Assembly (NCBI GenBank): GCA_047618705.1
Contig: JBLHJD010000001.1
Span: 1-60,538 of the forward strand
Direction: 5' to 3'
From: Luteibaculaceae bacterium
GTDB taxonomy: Bacteria; Bacteroidota; Bacteroidia; Flavobacteriales_D; Luteibaculaceae
DNA length: 60,538 nucleotides
Shown: positions 57,948 through 60,538 of the stretch, one piece after another
Layout: every line of letters starts with the position of its first letter
Position numbering within the stretch: position 1 is the stretch's first letter
Notes under the pieces: model-generated
Told to the model about the DNA's origin: nothing
Seen by the model: the letters and a program-made list of their open reading frames with translations, nothing else
Databases searched by the model: none
Translations under genes and position numbers: made by a program

Positions 57948-60538
57948 ATGAAATTGTACATTCAATATATATTTGCGCTCATTTTAGGGCTTTTTTCCCA
58001 AGTTTCTTTTGGACAAGTTGCCAATGACGACTGCGGGAGTGCTCAACCTATAACAATTCCGTCGAGCGGAATTGTGTGTATTAACGGAACAACCACTAAT
58101 GCCGTTTCAAACGGAGGAACCAACACATGTGACACAGGGCCAGCAGGAAATGAAGTGTGGTTTACGTATGTTACCACTGGTGCCGTAAATAATTTTACCG
58201 TTACTCCAAACGGGGCTAGCCCCATTTCCGATATTGTTATTACCGTTCACACCGCAGGGTGTGCAGCCTTATTTATCGAAGGTTGTGAATCCGGAGTAGG
58301 TGCTGCACCTGTGCCAGAATCAACTGGACTTACCCCTGGCCAGCAGATATGGATAAGCATTGAATCCAATGGAAACGATGGCGATTTTGAATTGTGTATT
58401 GAAAGTACATCTCCTCCCGGAAATCCTGGAAACATCTGCGCCCAAGCTACACCTTTGTGCCGAAAAGAACCTTTTTCCTATGGAACTTTAAATGGATACA
58501 CCTCCAGTGGATTTAAACCAACTTGTTTTGGCTCTGCTGTTCAACGGGATATCTGGTTCAAGTTTACAATCGGGCAAACAGGAACATTAGAATGGATAGC
58601 AAGCCCATTAGTTGCTCAGGAATTCGATTGGGCTTTATATGATATTACCACCGGTTGTCCGGCCAATTCTACTGGTCCAGTAAGTTGTAATTATAATTAC
58701 GCCAATCTAGTTATTCCAGGAGCACACCCAATTGGTATGGGGCCTCCACCTCCCGGTGCCGATCCTAATGAATTTAACCCCGAAGTAGTAGTAACCGCAG
58801 GGAGAACATACGCCATTGTTATTGACAACTTCTCGGGAAGCAATGGGGGATTTGACTTCCAATGGGGAGGAACCTTCAAAATGGCTCCCTATAGCGAATT
58901 TGAGCTCAGTCCTTACCAAGCGTGTAATGAATTAACAACCAGCTTTTTAAACAATAGTTATGGTGCCGACACCTATGCTTGGACCTTTGGGGATGGAACA
59001 TCTTCCAGTGCACAAAACCCACCATCCAAAACATATGCCACGCCAGGTAACTACATTGTATCCTTAACAACTACCACAGACCAGGGTTGTGTACACACCG
59101 TAACCAAAGTTGCTGTGGTATCTGCACCCCTCGTTACCCTTACTTCCAATAAAGACATTATTTGCCTTGGAGAAAGTGTGGACCTTACTGGTACTGCCAC
59201 CATTACTGCGCTTCAAAACCCCATTCCGTTTGCTATCATTGAAGATGCCAATGTGAATGACAATAATCCGGTTGGATTTTCCAGTATTATCAATGTTAGT
59301 GGAATATTCCCACCCATCATTAATCCTGGAGATGGAGAAGTTATTGAGGTATTATTAAACATAGACCACACCCGGGTGGAAGATTTGGACGTGAGCCTAA
59401 AATGCCCCAATGGAACAACCATCGATTTAACTTCCGATAACGGTGGCGCTGGAGACAATTACGAACAAACCAAATTTTCTGCAGGCGCACCCCCTATTAC
59501 AGCTGGAGCAGCTCCTTTTACCGGAGTATATTCGCCTGAGCAGCCCTTTACTACCTTTAATGGTTGCCCCGTTAATGGAGCATGGGAACTCATAGTAGTG
59601 GATGACCAAGCAGGTCAGGCCCCGTATTTTGATGAATGGGGGATTTCCTTTAAAAACGAAAACTCACTCGTATATTCCTGGGAACCCGCAGCTGAAATCA
59701 CCAATCAGGTTGATTTTAACCAAACGGTAACTCCTACTCAAACAACCACCTACACCTTAGAAGCTACCGACGCCTTGGGCTGTACAGAAATTGCTGATGT
59801 AACCATTGAAGTTGAGTTTCCAGAAGAAGCTGGCTTGGATTCTACCCTAGTGGTTTGTACTGGTGATGGCTCATTGAGCTTGTCTAGTCTATTGCGGGAT
59901 AACTCAACTGCCAATGGTGATTTTTTTGACCCCAGTGGAAACGGTATTGGATCGAGTATTAATTTAACTACCGCTGTTTCCGGAATTTATGCCTATTCCA
60001 TATCAGGCGTGCATTGCCCGGATGATTTGGCCTACTTCGACATTACCATTAACCAAAGTCCGGACGCGGAAATTTTTCAGGACAGCACCGTTTGCCCTGG
60101 AGAAATAGTAAACGTAAGCGTAAATGTTACTGAAGGCGTCGCCCCATACACCCTGATTCTGAACATCAACGGTACCGATTCTACGTTTAATCTGGCAGGA
60201 AACAACCTTACTATTCCAGTAACCGTTGATGCCACTAATCAGATTGGGACAGTACAAATAACAGATGGAACAACTCCGGGTTGTAGTACTGATTTATCAG
60301 ACCAAATTACCTTGGATGTATTTGACCCTATTGTGGCTGTTCAAACCGATTTTATTTGCAGTGGGGACAACCAGTCTTACCAAATAGAAATCACCATTTC
60401 TGGTGGTGACCCGAATGGCTACCTCGTTAATGGTGCCGCTAGTGGAGCTACTTTTCTTTCTGGCCCTATTCCAACGGGTGGAAACTTTAGTTTTTTAATT
60501 ACCGATCAAAACGACTGTAATCCAGTTCTTATAGAAGG
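57948..60538 (+). CDS. Giant secreted multi-domain protein 4, N-terminal >863 aa (runs off the window end); it has the same head as giants 1 and 2
   Basis: The ORF track omits it because there is no in-window stop. My manual translation from the ATG at 57948 is open to the window end:
- MKLYIQYIFALILGLFSQVSFGQVANDDCGSAQPI...
- DIWFKFTIGQTGTLEWIASPLVAQEFDWALYDITTGC...
- PKD: YAWTFGDGTSSSAQNPPSKTYATPGNYIVSL.
- P-domain: HTRVEDLDVSLKCPNGTTIDL...NGAWELIVVDDQAGQAPYFDEWGISF.
- ...SYQIEITISGGDPNGYLVNG... Confidence 0.85.
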   Translation, partial: MKLYIQYIFALILGLFSQVSFGQVANDDCGSAQPITIPSSGIVCINGTTTNAVSNGGTNTCDTGPAGNEVWFTYVTTGAVNNFTVTPNGASPISDIVITVHTAGCAALFIEGCESGVGAAPVPESTGLTPGQQIWISIESNGNDGDFELCIESTSPPGNPGNICAQATPLCRKEPFSYGTLNGYTSSGFKPTCFGSAVQRDIWFKFTIGQTGTLEWIASPLVAQEFDWALYDITTGCPANSTGPVSCNYNYANLVIPGAHPIGMGPPPPGADPNEFNPEVVVTAGRTYAIVIDNFSGSNGGFDFQWGGTFKMAPYSEFELSPYQACNELTTSFLNNSYGADTYAWTFGDGTSSSAQNPPSKTYATPGNYIVSLTTTTDQGCVHTVTKVAVVSAPLVTLTSNKDIICLGESVDLTGTATITALQNPIPFAIIEDANVNDNNPVGFSSIINVSGIFPPIINPGDGEVIEVLLNIDHTRVEDLDVSLKCPNGTTIDLTSDNGGAGDNYEQTKFSAGAPPITAGAAPFTGVYSPEQPFTTFNGCPVNGAWELIVVDDQAGQAPYFDEWGISFKNENSLVYSWEPAAEITNQVDFNQTVTPTQTTTYTLEATDALGCTEIADVTIEVEFPEEAGLDSTLVVCTGDGSLSLSSLLRDNSTANGDFFDPSGNGIGSSINLTTAVSGIYAYSISGVHCPDDLAYFDITINQSPDAEIFQDSTVCPGEIVNVSVNVTEGVAPYTLILNINGTDSTFNLAGNNLTIPVTVDATNQIGTVQITDGTTPGCSTDLSDQITLDVFDPIVAVQTDFICSGDNQSYQIEITISGGDPNGYLVNGAASGATFLSGPIPTGGNFSFLITDQNDCNPVLIE
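59211..59655 (+). other. P-domain-like region of giant 4
   Basis: The sequence LLNIDHTRVEDLDVSLKCPNGTTIDLTSDNGGAGDNY...FNGCPVNGAWELIVVDDQAGQAPYFDEWGISF shows the same pattern as giants 1 and 2. Confidence 0.55.

Overview
This is a chromosomal window from a Bacteroidota, probably Flavobacteriia-like. Supporting signs are T9SS C-terminal sorting domains, a SecDF fusion, a type III glutamine synthetase, TAnnTTTG-type -7 boxes and no Shine-Dalgarno sequences.

Positions 1-20.9 kb are minus-strand core genes:
- a partial FGase-like/DUF1704 (QEGLA) fusion gene that is missing from the ORF track, and an ATP-grasp ligase;
- DUF3467, rpoC, rpoB, rplL-rplJ-rplA-rplK, nusG, secE, tRNA-Trp and tuf;
- tRNA-Thr(GGU), Gly(UCC), Tyr(GUA) and Thr(UGU);
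- hpf, a Xer-like recombinase, rpsU, an acyl-CoA dehydrogenase, apt and a ComEA-like gene.

Positions 30-36.6 kb carry GSIII, a CaCA antiporter, tatA and secDF.

About 43% of the window encodes four giant paralogous secreted proteins of 2768, 2104, 2870 and >863 aa. The fourth is also missing from the ORF track. The three complete ones end in T9SS type-B (CHU_C / gliding-motility) C-terminal domains. Three of the four share a head of two PPC-like domains, a PKD domain and a protease-less proprotein-convertase P-domain.

The giants sit with an ECF sigma factor, a membrane-anchored PKD + type-B-CTD partner overlapping it, a VCBS/FG-GAP type-A T9SS protein, a DCC-family protein and small secreted proteins coupled to the giants by TAATG overlaps. 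I saw no PorP/SprF-like gene.

The most interesting items are:
1. the ECF sigma / CTD-bearing anti-sigma-like pair and the adhesin island around it;
2. two four-Cys small paralogs that bracket one giant;
3. a recurring, unassigned CxCxT module;
4. a 3 x 84-bp tandem array inside the tRNA-tuf operon, in which each unit copies the 3' end of tRNA-Thr(UGU) plus a T8 tract.

All family calls come from reading motifs in the translations. No database search was possible.
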